64,000 nt of DNA from Eledone cirrhosa (GCA_964016885.1 OZ024754.1:36084001-36148000), one strand, 5' to 3'. Shown: positions 11,231 to 24,068, counted from the stretch's first letter. A program made the numbers and translations. Notes: generated by a model not told the origin, from the sequence alone.

Positions 11231-11758
11231 ATTTCTTTATTAGCCACAGGGACACAAAAGAAGGGGACAAATACAAAGGGGGAAGTTTACATACAATAAA
11301 AACGTGTAAAATGTTATCACAAATGGAATTTAAAAAATTAGTCGATTTTCCCCAATAGAGGGAGACAGTTTATATGGGTAACACATACCCCCGAAAAAAA
11401 AATGTGCAACCCTCATCTCCAGGAGTACGAAGAGCTTGTACTCCTTTCCTCTCCTCCTCCTTTTCCTCAACCTACAGGCTGATATAGAGAGAAGGCCCAT
11501 TCACTCGGGCCATTCTCGCCACTTTCACCCACCTTTCATAAAACTTGCTGGGGTACAGCACCTCTCTCTCCATCCTGATTCTTCTTCCAAAGTGGTATTT
11601 GAAAAAAAGAATCAGTTGTTGTTGGCCGGAGAGAAAGGTGTCTGACCTCAGCCCTTTCAACCTTGTCCACCATACAACCTCTTTCGCCATAGCTATCACA
11701 CAAAGGAAAACCGCCTCTCCTTCGTTTTTGAAGGAGGGTGGCGGTTTGATCATGACAG
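11231..11758 (-). mobile_element. 3' remnant of a Tx1/L1-like non-LTR retrotransposon (ORF2 C-terminus + 3' UTR)
   Basis: ORF 11472-11753 AKEVVWWTR...EREVL...FYERWVKVARMARV resembles Tx1-type ORF2 C-termini; 3' UTR ends GTCCCTGTGGCTAATAAAGAAA; homologous pieces at 52641 and 23993. Confidence 0.75.
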
Positions 11759-11782
11759 AATAGATAGATGGATAGATAGATA

Positions 11783-11952
11783 CCGTATTTCCCGGCGCCG
11801 AACACGCTTCGTCCTCGAGGACGCGCCCTAATTTTGATAACCAAAAATTTGAAGAAAAAAATGATAAACAACCTTCGGCCTCCAGGACGCATAGTAGATT
11901 CTTGAGACTTATTTTAGGAAGTAGGTAACGTCTTCGAGGCCGGGAAATACGG
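11783..11952. mobile_element. Tc1/mariner-superfamily (Tc2/pogo-like) MITE
   Basis: TIRs CCGTATTTCCCGG/CCGGGAAATACGG; TA duplicated on both sides; inserted in (GATA)n. Confidence 0.85.
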
Positions 11953-11975
11953 TATCTTTCTTTATGTAGATAGAG

Positions 11976-12010
<35 letters not shown>

Positions 12011-12011
12011 A

Positions 12012-12043
<32 letters not shown>

Positions 12044-12050
<7 letters not shown>

Positions 12051-12294
12051 TGTAATAAACGACATAAGGCAATTATTCCATTTACCAGTGGTTTCTTAAA
12101 AGCAAAAGATTTTGCTTTCAATCCTCAGAATGAAAAAATTCATTCTGAGGATTGAAAGCAAAATCTTTTGCTTTTAAGAAACCACTGGTAAATGGAATAA
12201 TTGCCTTATGTCGTTTATTACATAACTATTAAGCTCTGTTACCTACATAGAGCACTCTTTTTTCCTGGACTTTTCCGACGGAATTACTTCATTT
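12044..12294 (+). mobile_element. Fold-back element family C: perfect 91-bp-arm palindrome plus tail
   Basis: Arms 12044-12134/12139-12229 are exact reverse complements with a 4-nt loop; abuts (TA)n; diverged relative on the minus strand at ~20216-20328. Confidence 0.85.
12141..12194 (+). ncRNA. Minimal type I hammerhead ribozyme (mirror copy on - strand at 12079-12132)
   Basis: CATT-CTGAGGA-TTGAAAGCAAA(ATCT)TTTGCTTTTAA-GAAA-CCA(C)TGG-TA-AATG: all core nucleotides and three helices present; cleavage predicted after A12190. Confidence 0.8.
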
Positions 12295-12335
<41 letters not shown>

Positions 12336-12342
12336 CATAGAT

Positions 12343-12386
<44 letters not shown>

Positions 12387-12583
12387 GTTGGTAAGTAGAT
12401 TGATAGATAGAAACATGCTTTATGACATAGAGTTACGTTCCTTTACGTTCCTAGGTAGGCTTTACCATTCCCACCGAGGTAGGCTTTGCCATTCATCATT
12501 TAGGGTTCGATAAAATATAACACCAGTAACCCTTCTCCTAAAACGTTGACCATTTTTAACCGTGAGTAATTAACTTTAAAGAA

Positions 12584-13080
12584 GGCGGTGAATTAGCAGA
12601 GTTGTTAGAAGGTCGGATAGAATGCTTTGAGGCAGGCATGCCAAACATACGGGCCGCGGCCACATGGGGCCCTTTAAAAGCACACCTGCGCCCCCGTACA
12701 ATAGGCTTTTACAGCGCGAGCATGTTTATCTTCGTAAAATTAGTTGTAATGTGCGCAATTAGTTGTCGAGTGTGGCCCTCAGACAACACATATATGACCC
12801 ATGTGACCCTCAGGCAACACATATATGACCCATGTGACCCTCAGACAACACATATATGACCCATGTGACCCTCAGACAACACATATATGACCCATGTGAC
12901 CCTTAGACAACACATACATGACCCATGTGACCCTCGGGGGACCCTTAGTTTGACATGTGTGCTTTAAGGTATTCGTTCCGGCTCTCTATTTTCGAAGTTC
13001 AAATCCCACTGAGGTCAACTTTGCCTTTCATCCTTTCGAGGTCGATAAAAAAAAGTACCAGTCTAATACTGGGGTCGATT
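12584..13080 (+). mobile_element. SINE split by a hAT MITE
   Basis: Head GGCGGTGAATTAGCAGA... before 12633; B-box and core resume after 12961. Confidence 0.8.
12633..12961 (+). mobile_element. hAT (Charlie/Buster-like) MITE with internal 31-bp tandem (5 copies)
   Basis: TIRs CAGGCATGCCAAAC/GTTTGACATGTGTG; 8-bp TSD CTTTGAGG/CTTTAAGG; unit CAGACAACACATATATGACCCATGTGACCCT from 12780. Confidence 0.85.
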
Positions 13081-14310
13081 ATTCCTCTATATCTCTTTCT
13101 TATTTCCTCTCTCTCTCTCACTTTATATCTTTCTCTGGAATAAATCTGCTGTACTCAGGCCTGGGAAAGGGATGGGCTCTGCCGGGCTTAAAATGCCCAA
13201 GAAATACGTTATGTCAATATGGCGCCCCTACGACCCTATTAGGAGTTACAGGACCATACACACTATACACACTTAACTTTAAACGATATTTCGTATTTGA
13301 ATTGTGGTTTTTAAAAAACATATTTACTAACCAACATTAACATTTTGTTATCGGAATTATTTGGAGTTTAATTTTATTTATTCAATTAATTTTCTCATGT
13401 CATATTTACACTTCAACTAAGAACAAAATTTATTGATTCAAAATATCGTATTTAATTGTATATATTTACAGGAAGTATGTATTTACAGTTGAGTATATTT
13501 ACAAAGAGGAAGCAAGGGAAAGGGAGGAGGGGGAGAGGAATAATTTAAAATAACATAAAAACTCAAGGGGGAGGGGACGGACAAACTCCACCTTTTTAGC
13601 TGGGAGGGTGGGGGTGGGGGGTGGATCTCAGCTGTACGTCTCGGACAAGATAGCAAAAGCAGCCAAAAGACAACTACACTCATTGCATCAGCCGCACCAC
13701 CTCTCGGGGTTACCTCCCCCCCCTGGCAAGATGCCCGCCTCTCGATTTTATGAAAGGATACCGCAGACCGGAGATGGAAAAAACCGGAGGTTTCAATGAC
13801 AGCTGTTTAGATTTATTCAATGTGGTGTTTAATTTTCTAATTATGTTTCCAATATCCATTTGGTTAATTAATGCTAATTATTTTCTCCTCTTAGTATTTC
13901 CTTAAGCATTTTAATATATTTTCTAATTGTATTGACGTTTCTGAGAAAAAAAACAAAACAAAACATCTTTGTCTTAATTAATATTATAAAATAATAACAA
14001 TGGAGTATTTGCCGGAAGGTTAAAACAAATACATTTGGTTTGAGGTTGTCAATAAACAAATATGCTTTCTAATTTAGGCACAAGACCATCAGTTTGAGGC
14101 GAGGGAGGGGAACGTTGATTAAATTGAACCTCGGATAAACAAATAATACGAGCGAATTAATAAGAGGAGTGGTAGTAGCAACATGTTTAACACCGCGACA
14201 ATGAACGAGTGGTCTCCATATCTGCTAGAAATAGATGCGAAATTTCTTTCTCAAATAAGATTTTTAAAACGTGCCCCCCCCCCCCCCCCCCCCCCACACA
14301 CAAACAAACA

Positions 14311-14382
14311 AACGGGGAGAAATGAGGCAAAACGGGGAGAAATGAGGCAAAACGGGGAGAAATGAGGCAAAATGGGGAGAAA
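14311..14382. repeat. 20-bp minisatellite (AACGGGGAGAAATGAGGCAA), ~3.5 copies
   Basis: Read directly. Confidence 0.85.
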
Positions 14383-14503
14383 TAAAGCAAGTTTTGCACT
14401 ATGAAAGGTATACTCATTTTCACAAGAGAAAACATCTCTCACACACCCCAAAGTGGGTGGAAGACCTCCCCTTCGGGCGGAGAGTGTTGAAAGGTCTGTA
14501 AAT

Positions 14504-14749
14504 CAGGCATGTCAAACTGAGGCTCCCCCGAGGGCCACAAAGCTCACACATGTGTTGTCTGAGGGCCGCACATAACAACTAATTGCACACATTACAACTA
14601 ATTTGTTTTTCTTTATTTTATATTACGAACATAAAACATGCTCGCGTTGTAAAAACCTTTGTGCGGGCCACAGGTGTGCTTGTAAAGAACCACAGGTGTG
14701 CTTGTAATGGGCCACATGTGGCCCGCGAGTAGCATGTTTGACATGCCTG
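14504..14749 (-). mobile_element. hAT MITE, same family as 12633-12961, unexpanded
   Basis: Perfect TIRs CAGGCATGTCAAAC/GTTTGACATGCCTG; TSD CTGTAAAT/CTGTTAAT. Confidence 0.9.
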
Positions 14750-15359
14750 CTGTTAATATTCCTCCAATCAGTCCACAAACAGTCATCTAAACCCTAAACT
14801 GAATGTCAACCTCTACCCAAGACTCCTGCCAAGCCAAACCGTACTCAACCTCCAAATTCTACAAATCAAATTATCCATTTTCCCAAAGTCGACATATGTA
14901 AACGGACCACAAGATAAACAAAATGAAGGAGTATAGACGTAACAACATTTCCCGTTATTACCTTGGTTTAGGGAACTTAACAAACATTCTTATAAAAATT
15001 GTTATAGAAGGTTGTTAGATAAATATATACGCTTTAAAATAAACAGCTTTGTACCATGAAACGAAGGCTCTTTCTGGTAGTTTTGGTATCAAAAGTGTTG
15101 AATATTTAGATTACCATTATCATTAATAAAGTACCAGTAATGTACTGGATAATTGCTGGTCTTGTGTCAAAAGTAGAAACAATTATTTGTCCGTATTAAA
15201 AGCCATTAAGTATTGCTAGGAAATCATTAACTAACCACTCAATAAACGTTAAGATCTGTTTTCAAACTTTCGCCTAACCAAAACACCCAGCCAGCAAATT
15301 ATACAGCCACTCAACCATCCATCCATATATCTATATACATTAGATATATATGTTATATG

Positions 15360-15417
<58 letters not shown>

Positions 15418-15459
15418 CGTTTCTGAATTTGTTTAGCAAGATTCTTTATCTGAAAGTAT

Positions 15460-15580
<121 letters not shown>

Positions 15581-15588
15581 CATATGTA

Positions 15589-15622
<34 letters not shown>

Positions 15623-15771
15623 ACCCGTTCATCCGTCTCTACATTCCATACACAATTGATCCGTCCATCCAGCAATATTACTCGGTAGTTCAGTCATAAC
15701 AAATTGGAGTGAATACACACGGAGAGAGAGAGAGAGAGAGAGAGTGCGCACGTGTGTGTGTGTGTGTGAGA

Positions 15772-15812
<41 letters not shown>

Positions 15813-15813
15813 C

Positions 15814-15876
<63 letters not shown>

Positions 15877-15877
15877 C

Positions 15878-15920
<43 letters not shown>

Positions 15921-15964
15921 TCACAGATGATGGAACTTGATATGATCAACAAAAACAATGACAA

Positions 15965-16792
15965 AGAAAACAATAACAACACCAACCTCACCAACAACAA
16001 CACCAACATCAACAACACCAAGAGCAACTCCACCACCACCACCATCAACCTCACTACCAACAACACCAACAACAATACCAGTATCAACCTCACGACCAAC
16101 AATACCAACATCACCACCAACAACACCAAAACCCCCAACACCACCAACACCACCAACACCAACACCAATACCACCAACACCACCAACAACACCACTAACA
16201 ATACCAACATCACCACCAACAACACCAAAACCCCCAACAACACCAACACCACCAACACCACCAACACCAACACCAACACCACCAACAACACCACTAACAA
16301 TACCAACACCACCAACACCACCAACAACACCAACAGCAACACCAACAACACCACCAACAACACCATCAACCCCAACACCACCACCACCACCAACATCACC
16401 ATCAACACCACCAACACCAACACCACTAACACCACCAACACCAACACCAACACCACCAACACCACCAACAACACCACTAACAATACCAACAACACCAACA
16501 CCAACAACAACACCAACACCACCAACAACAACACCAACACCACCAACAACACCAACACCACCAACAACACCAACACCACCAAAACCAACAACAACACCAA
16601 CAACACCAACACCACCAACAACACCAACACCACCAACACCATCAACACCACCACCAACACCACCAACAACACCAACAACACCACCAACACCAACACCACC
16701 AACACCACCAACACCACCAACAACACCAACACCACCAACACCACCAACAACACCAACACCACCAACACCAACAACAACACCAACACCACTAA
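15965..16792. repeat. (AAC/ACC)n low-complexity tract
   Basis: Read directly. Confidence 0.95.
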
Positions 16793-16855
16793 CTTGACCA
16801 CCAACTCACGGAGCTCACAAAAATACGTCTTCACAGTCCGACAACCAATGATAAT

Positions 16856-17211
16856 AATTGTTTCTACATTTGATACAAGGCCAGCAATTTGAAGGGGGGG
16901 GGGTGACTGAATCGACCCCTGTGCGTTACTGGCAAAGCTAATCTCGGCGAGATTTCAACTGAGAACGTAAAGAGCCCTACCACTATGCCACGAAGCATGT
17001 TGCCCGACACACTACCGATTCTGCCAATCCCCAGCCCTTAACAGTAATAATGGTTTCTTATATAGGCACAAGGCCGGCAATTTTGGGGGAGGGGAAAGTT
17101 GATTAAATCGACCCCAGTACATTACTGGTACTTTATTTTATCGACCCCGTAAGGATGAAAGGCAAAGTTAACCTCGGCGGGATTTGAACTCAGATCATAA
17201 AGGGCCGTATC
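16856..17211 (-). mobile_element. Two tandem minus-strand SINE copies
   Basis: Reverse-complement tails TTTCT...ACAAGGCCAGCAATTT at ~16860 and ~17053; B-boxes upstream of each. Confidence 0.8.
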
Positions 17212-17432
17212 TCAAAAAGTTTCCAGGGATGGTTAAAGAAAATTGGCCCCTTCACGCTTTTTGGAACTCTTCAAAAGGCATGCTTGCTGGGAACAGCAAG
17301 AACCCTCCGATACGTCCTGAATATCTGAGGCTGCAGGTAGTGGCTTGATATTCATTTCAACAAACTTTCCAGTTAACTAACATCAATGACTGAGACTCAA
17401 AGAATAATAATAATGTTATGATAATAATAATA
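17212..17432 (+). mobile_element. 3' remnant of an R4/Dong-like (RLE-type) non-LTR retrotransposon
   Basis: Reads SKSFQGWLKKIGPFTLFGTLQKACLLGTARTLRYVLNI* (stop 17326-17328); QK..LLGTA.ILR..L is the typical R4/Dong C-terminus; ends in (TAA)n. Confidence 0.75.
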
Positions 17433-17730
17433 ATCGCTTGTTAATCTGATATGAACCATTGACACTAAGTGAAATAAGAGACTTGCCTAAGGACAGAAGA
17501 CAACACAGCGTTGAGTTGAAAATGGAACTTATAAAAAACAGACAAGAATATATACACAGACATATTCTTATCAACACATACATACATACACACATACATA
17601 CATACACACACACATACACTCACACACATACACTCACACCATCTATGACCATCTGCATAACAACATACAAATGGATATTGAATTACATGAAAGAAAATCA
17701 AGGGCTATATGAATATATATATATGCGTAT

Positions 17731-17764
<34 letters not shown>

Positions 17765-17854
17765 GGATATACATATATACATACATATATATATATGGAT
17801 ATACATATATACATACATACATATATATATGGATATACATATATATATATATAC

Positions 17855-17987
<133 letters not shown>

Positions 17988-18398
17988 TGTGTGTGTGTCT
18001 GTGTGTATATCAGTAGCACAAAAAACGCAAAGAAAGACATCAATATTAGAAATAGGCGCGGATTAATAACAGCCTAACAACTGGTGTATTTATAGGGAAC
18101 AATAAACCTAACAAGGGAGATAAACAAAACAAAGATTAAATGTATGAAATGAAGGAAATAAAGATGGAAGTGAGGGGAGGAGGAAATAGGAAGGAGTGAA
18201 GGAAGAAAGGGAGGGAATAAAGAAGGTTGGAGCAAATGATAAATAGATATAGCTTGAAATAAAAGAGTTCAAGTGAAGTACATTTAAAGGAAATATTTAT
18301 TTATGAATACACAAACACACGCGCGCACACGCGCCTATATATATGTATGTATATATGTATATATATATGTGTGTGTGTGTTTGTGTGTGTATAAATAT

Positions 18399-18449
<51 letters not shown>

Positions 18450-18487
18450 ATAAATGAAACAAACAAAACACAGGAGGCAATTTTTGC

Positions 18488-18537
<50 letters not shown>

Positions 18538-18597
18538 TCACACACGCACACACACATATATATATATATGTGTGTGTGTATATATATATATATATAT

Positions 18598-18762
18598 AAG
18601 AGGATGGGGTAAGATACCAGTGGACCATATCGCGCCAGAGTACTCGATACTTGGGGTAGAAGAGTGGGTAATATGAAAAGTGAAAAGATTCAGGACCCCG
18701 ACGGCTGAGCTCCGGCCGTTTCGACAGCTAGATCCGAACTAGTGGGGGTCCTGACTCTTTGC
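18598..18762 (-). mobile_element. Diverged subfamily of family A in (TA)n
   Basis: Aligns with 687-820; TCAGGACCCC/GGGGTCCTGA encloses the GAAAC...GTC half-hammerhead. Confidence 0.65.
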
Positions 18763-18773
18763 ATATATATCTC

Positions 18774-18816
<43 letters not shown>

Positions 18817-18819
<3 letters not shown>

Positions 18820-18953
18820 AACGAGTAGGACCCCGACGGCTGAGCTCAAGCCGTTTCGACGGCTAATTCTGGACTAAATGAAAATTGTCCCCTAAGTGTT
18901 GAGTACTTTGGTGCGTTATGGTCCATCTGGTTCCTTACCACATTTCCTTCGTT
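18817..18953 (+). mobile_element. Family A copy in opposite orientation with one hairpin arm deleted
   Basis: Arm 18817-18888 is joined directly to the reverse complement of the unique end. Confidence 0.7.
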
Positions 18954-18956
18954 ATA

Positions 18957-19134
18957 TTGGCAGTATCGGTAGAGGGTCGGACGCCATGCTTTCCAGCATA
19001 GTTACGTCCCTTTACGATCTGAGTTCAAATCCCGCCGAGGTTGACTTTGCCTTTCATCCTTACGGGGTCGATAAAATAAAGTACCAGTAATGCACTGGCT
19101 AATTGCTGGCCTTGTGCCTAAAGTAGAAACAGTT
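18957..19134 (+). mobile_element. SINE (short-tail form)
   Basis: TTGGCAGTATCGGTAGA...GAGTTCAAATCC...GCCTAAAGTAGAAACAG followed by (TA)n. Confidence 0.9.
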
Positions 19135-19994
19135 ATATATATATATTAATATAATTGAAATTCTCATCCTTGAAAAAATTAATCTCACACAAAATAATAT
19201 ATAATTTTCTCTTCATACTTTCTGAGTAAATCATTCATCAAATTTAACGGTTAGCAAATAAGATTGTAGTTAGCTTTTCCTTTACAATTGAGCAAACATA
19301 AACATTATAACATGTATGATAAACTATATAACTTCGCTAAATCAACAATATTCTGAAAAAATGTTCAATGTTGGAACAAAATATTTGATTCTACAAATTG
19401 TTCTCCTTACAACTTGAACTACGTCATTTTCTTAAATTTTTTTTTTATGTAAAATGCAAAATAAACATCCTTCGTAACTCATGAGAAATGTAAACAACTA
19501 ATAATTGTGATTTATTTCTATAAAATCGCCAATAATACATATACATGCACAATTATTAATCTATATAGATATTTATATACTTACAACCTGAGATAAAATG
19601 TACTTACAACCATAATTCTTCATATAATCTAATTGATTATATATACAATATTATAACTCATAATATAGCTAAATATTTTTTTTAATTCTAGAATCATATT
19701 CCACCATTCCTACAAACTGTTAATTCTTTTTAAATTAACGTAAATACAAGCTCTTCTTTCTTTCTCTTTCTTCTTCCTACACGTACATACACATATCCTA
19801 ATAATTATTTAAATCTACCTAGCATCTAAAATTAACGTTTTTTTCAGCCCTATACCTCAACCTCATTTGCATACTCATCTTAATAACTTGAAATATTTGA
19901 CTTTTCTTCTCTTTCCCTTCTTTCCTTCACTATCCAGCTTGAACCGTTAAGTTCTTCTTTCCTAGTTGTGTCAATATTTATAAAACAAACTTTA

Positions 19995-20055
19995 TATTTT
20001 ATCTGATGAGAGCGTACAAAAGTTTTGGTACCCCTGAAATATATATAATAGAATA
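19995..20055 (+). ncRNA. Minimal type I hammerhead (stem II base decayed)
   Basis: TATTTTAT-CTGATGA(20003-20009)-..GTAC AAAA G TTTT G GTAC..-GAAA(20036-20039)-TATATA-TA-ATAGAATA. Confidence 0.6.
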
Positions 20056-20467
20056 AATATGGTTTTATAAAAATAGTTTCAATTTATTTAATATCATTGA
20101 ATATTATACTCCAGGAAACCTGTCGAGTGCTCTGAATCAGTTATAAACATTTATATTTGTTGAATTACCAACAAATTGAATATCCCTTTTGCTTATATAT
20201 ATATATATATATATAAAGTGTCTCCGTAGGAAAGGTAAAGGAAAAGAGAGTGCTCTATGTAAGCTACAGAGCTATTTACTTATGTAATAAACAACATAAG
20301 ACAATTATTCCATTTGCCAAAGGTTTCACGAAGACAGACGAGCTCGAAACAGACGTCTGAAATCGATGATATGTATGTATGTAAAAGGTAAACAGATATA
20401 ACAACACAATTGGTACAGTATATGTAAGGAATATGTTAGGTTAACGCTTGAAATAGCAGGAAGAGGG

Positions 20468-20503
20468 TCTTAACGTTTCGGACGCTAGTCCTTCATCAGA
20501 AGA
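20468..20503 (-). ncRNA. Minimal Penelope-type hammerhead
   Basis: Minus strand: TCTT-CTGATGA-A-GGAC(TAGC)GTCC-GAAACGTT-AAGA. Confidence 0.7.
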
Positions 20504-20637
20504 AAGAATGAGAAATTAAATAGATTGAAGAGACTGGCGGGGTGGAATTGGAAAAACGTTTTTAGATAAAAATAACAGGTCCATTCATGTTGACATCTCT
20601 TGGAAAACAAACAAAACACAGGAGGCAATTTTTATCC

Positions 20638-20708
<71 letters not shown>

Positions 20709-20800
20709 GAAATGATATTATTGTTATTATTATTATTTTCATCATCATCATCACCATCTTCCTCACCATCGCCATCAGTAACGCTGTACATATTATTATA

Positions 20801-20983
20801 TGGCAGTAGCGGTAGAACGCCGGACACCCTGCTTCGCCGCATAGAGTTACGTCCCTTTGCGATCTGAGTTGAAATCCCGCCGAGGTTAACTTTGCCTTTC
20901 ATCCATACGGGGTCGATAAAATAAAGTACCAGTAATGTTCTGTGATAATTGCTGGCCTTTTGCCAAAAGTAGAAACAATTATT
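20801..20983 (+). mobile_element. SINE (short-tail form)
   Basis: Head, B-box, core and GAAACAATTATT tail present. Confidence 0.9.
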
Positions 20984-21042
20984 ATTGTTGTAATTTATAT
21001 AGAGTTTAGTTTTGGTGTTGTTGGTGTTGTTGTTGTATTGTA

Positions 21043-21310
21043 GGCGCCTGGCTTAGTTATTAGAGTTGGATTCGCAATCGTGAGGTTGCGTGTTCAATTC
21101 TCGGGCCGTGTGATTCGTCGTGACCTTGAGCAAGATACTTTATTTCACGTTGCTCCTTCTGCCAGGAGTTGCGACCAGTAGATAGTATCGGCAATGGAAA
21201 GACCATTAGAAATATTGTTTCCTTGGTTCGATTTCACGAGGTCCACCCCACTCACAAGCGAATTACATCTGGGATTTTTTCGATCGATCACAGCGATCGA
21301 TTTTACGTAG
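21043..21310 (+). mobile_element. Single copy of the SINE-headed repeat amplified at 3727-4800
   Basis: GGCGCCTGGCTTAGT...TTCACGTTGCTCCTTCTGCCAGGAGTTGCGACC...GGAAAGACC matches 4440-4800. Confidence 0.75.
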
Positions 21311-21419
21311 AGTTTAGTTTTGATGTTGTTGTTATTGTTGTTGTAATATAACATCAACAACGAATATAGTCGAGAAAACAAAGAAGAAAAAGTTAAAGAT
21401 CAATATTGGTAATTGATTT

Positions 21420-21935
21420 TAATAATAATGGAAATTATTATAATTATTATAATATATATTATTATAATAATTATTATAATATATATTATAATAATTATGA
21501 TAATATATATTATTATAATAATTATGATAATATATATTATTATAATAATTATTATTATAAATATTGTAATAATTATTATAATATATATTATAATAATTAT
21601 TATAATATATATTATTATAATAATTATTATAATATATATTATTATAATATATATTATTATAATAATTATTATAATATATATAATAATTATTATAATATAT
21701 ATTATAATAATTATTATAATATATATTATTATAATAATTATTATAATAATATATATTATAATAATTATTATAATAATTATTATAATAATTATTATAATTA
21801 TTATTATAATAATTATTATAATAATATATATTATAATAATTATTATAATAATTATTATAATAATTATTATAATATATATTATAATAATTATTATAATAAT
21901 AATTATTATAATAATTATTATAATATATATTATTA
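21420..21935. repeat. Almost pure A/T (TAT/AAT) tract
   Basis: Read directly; ends at a family A fragment (21935-21976). Confidence 0.95.
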
Positions 21936-21976
21936 TAACGCACCAAAGTACTCAATACTTAGGGTAGTAGAGTGGG

Positions 21977-22012
<36 letters not shown>

Positions 22013-22123
22013 ACACATACCACAGAAAATTGTATAACTAGACGCTGTACACACATTACGTACAGTGCTTTTAATACAATGAATACAATGAATACACTAC
22101 TATCACTACTACTACTACTATTT

Positions 22124-22183
<60 letters not shown>

Positions 22184-22239
22184 TCACCATCATTGTAACT
22201 CACGGAAAATTACTTAAGAAAATAATAATTACAACCAAA

Positions 22240-22760
22240 ATCAATAGAAAAACAATATAAATCAATAGAAAAACAATATAAAAACAATATAAAACAATAT
22301 CAAAACCATTCGGAACAATATTTTAAAAAATCAATATAAAAACAATATAAAACAATACAAAAACAATATAAAAAACAATATAGAAACTATTAAAAACAAT
22401 ATAAAAACAATATTAAAACAATATAAAAACAATATAAAAACAATATAAAAACAATATCTAAACAATATCAAAAGAATATCAAAATAATATAAAAACAATA
22501 TAAAAACAATATAAAAACAATATAAAAAAACAATATAAAAAACAATATAAATAAACAATATCAAAACAATATAAAACAACAATATAAAAACAATATCAAA
22601 TCAATATAAAACAACATAGATTAACAATATAAAAACAATATAAAAACAATATAAAAAATAATATAACTAAACAATATAAAAACAATATAAAAACAATATC
22701 AAAACAATGCAAAAAGAATATAAAAAGAATATAAAAACAATATAAAAACAATATAGAACC
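22240..22760. repeat. 11-bp minisatellite (AAAAACAATAT)n
   Basis: Read directly. Confidence 0.9.
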
Positions 22761-23151
22761 AACCAAACAAAAAATTAGTCTTTTATTGCCCACCACACCG
22801 AGAATGACTTATTACTCAAGTTTCATTTTATTTCTCTCATTATTATCATTATTATTGTCATTCTTATCACTGTTGTTGTTGTTGTTGCTCTTATCATCAT
22901 TGTTATACCTAACGTTGTCCTTACATTATTGTTATTTCGATTATCATCATTATTATTATTATTATTGATGTTGTTGTTGTTGTTGTTATCGTTATTATAT
23001 TTAACGTTATTGTTATTTTATTAATTTTATTATTTTCATTCATTCATTCATTTCATTCCTTTTTCGTCCCTTTTTTTGTGTTTTGTCTTCTATTGTTTTT
23101 CCTTATTTTGTTTTGTATTTTTTTGTGGTGTTTTGTTATTATTGTTATCGT

Positions 23152-23288
<137 letters not shown>

Positions 23289-23558
23289 AATATATATAAA
23301 TATATATATATATATATAAATTTATATATATATTTGTTTATTTATTTTTACACATAACGAGTGCTGCTGCGCCGACGAACTACACACTTAGATGCACACG
23401 GTGAATATAAATTTGAATTCTGATGTCTATTATCACGCATCACTGATCTATATTGGCGCCAATTGCCCAGAGTCGTCAGTCCTGGCATAGCTGGATCTTG
23501 TTTTTTTTTTTCTTTTTTTTTGATATTTTGGTTGTTTTTTGTTTGTCGTCATTATTAT

Positions 23559-23631
<73 letters not shown>

Positions 23632-23831
23632 ACTCTCTCTCTCTCTCTCTCTCTCTCCCCTCTCTCTCTCTCCCCTCTCTGTATATATATGTGTGTGTAT
23701 ATATATATATCTATATCTATATATATATATATATGTGCGTGTGTATATATATATATATATATATATGTGTGTACGTATATATAATGTGTGTGTGTTTATA
23801 TATATATATGTGTGTGAGTATATGTATATAT

Positions 23832-24068
23832 CTACGTCCTTTTACGATCTGAGTTCAAATCCCACCGAAGTTAACTTTGCCTTTCATCCTTACAGGGTCG
23901 ATAAAATAAAGTACCAGTGATGCACTGGGTAATGCTGGCCTTGTGCCAAAACTAGAAACAATTATTATTGTTATTATTCGAGCTTATAGTTAACCCCCAC
24001 TGCCCATGTCTTTGTATTGTCCCCCTAAATGTCGGCCCTTGTGGCCAATAAAGAAACCATTATTATTA
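23832..24068 (+). mobile_element. 5'-truncated SINE followed by the Tx1-like LINE 3' tip (23993-24068)
   Basis: SINE B-box and core; then TTGTCCCCCTAAATGTCGGCCCTTGTGGCCAATAAAGAAACCATTATT. Confidence 0.75.

Noticed and set aside
15622-15692. CUB-like peptide ([11 protein letters not shown]) as a minus-strand exon
   Set aside because: In-frame stop just upstream and no good acceptor; too short to support.
15882-16892. Mucin/extensin-like Thr/Asn/Pro ORFs (also 25241-26488, 27319-28791, 31302-32877, 34871-35923)
   Set aside because: Several overlapping frames on both strands are open across simple repeats, with no splice or domain support.
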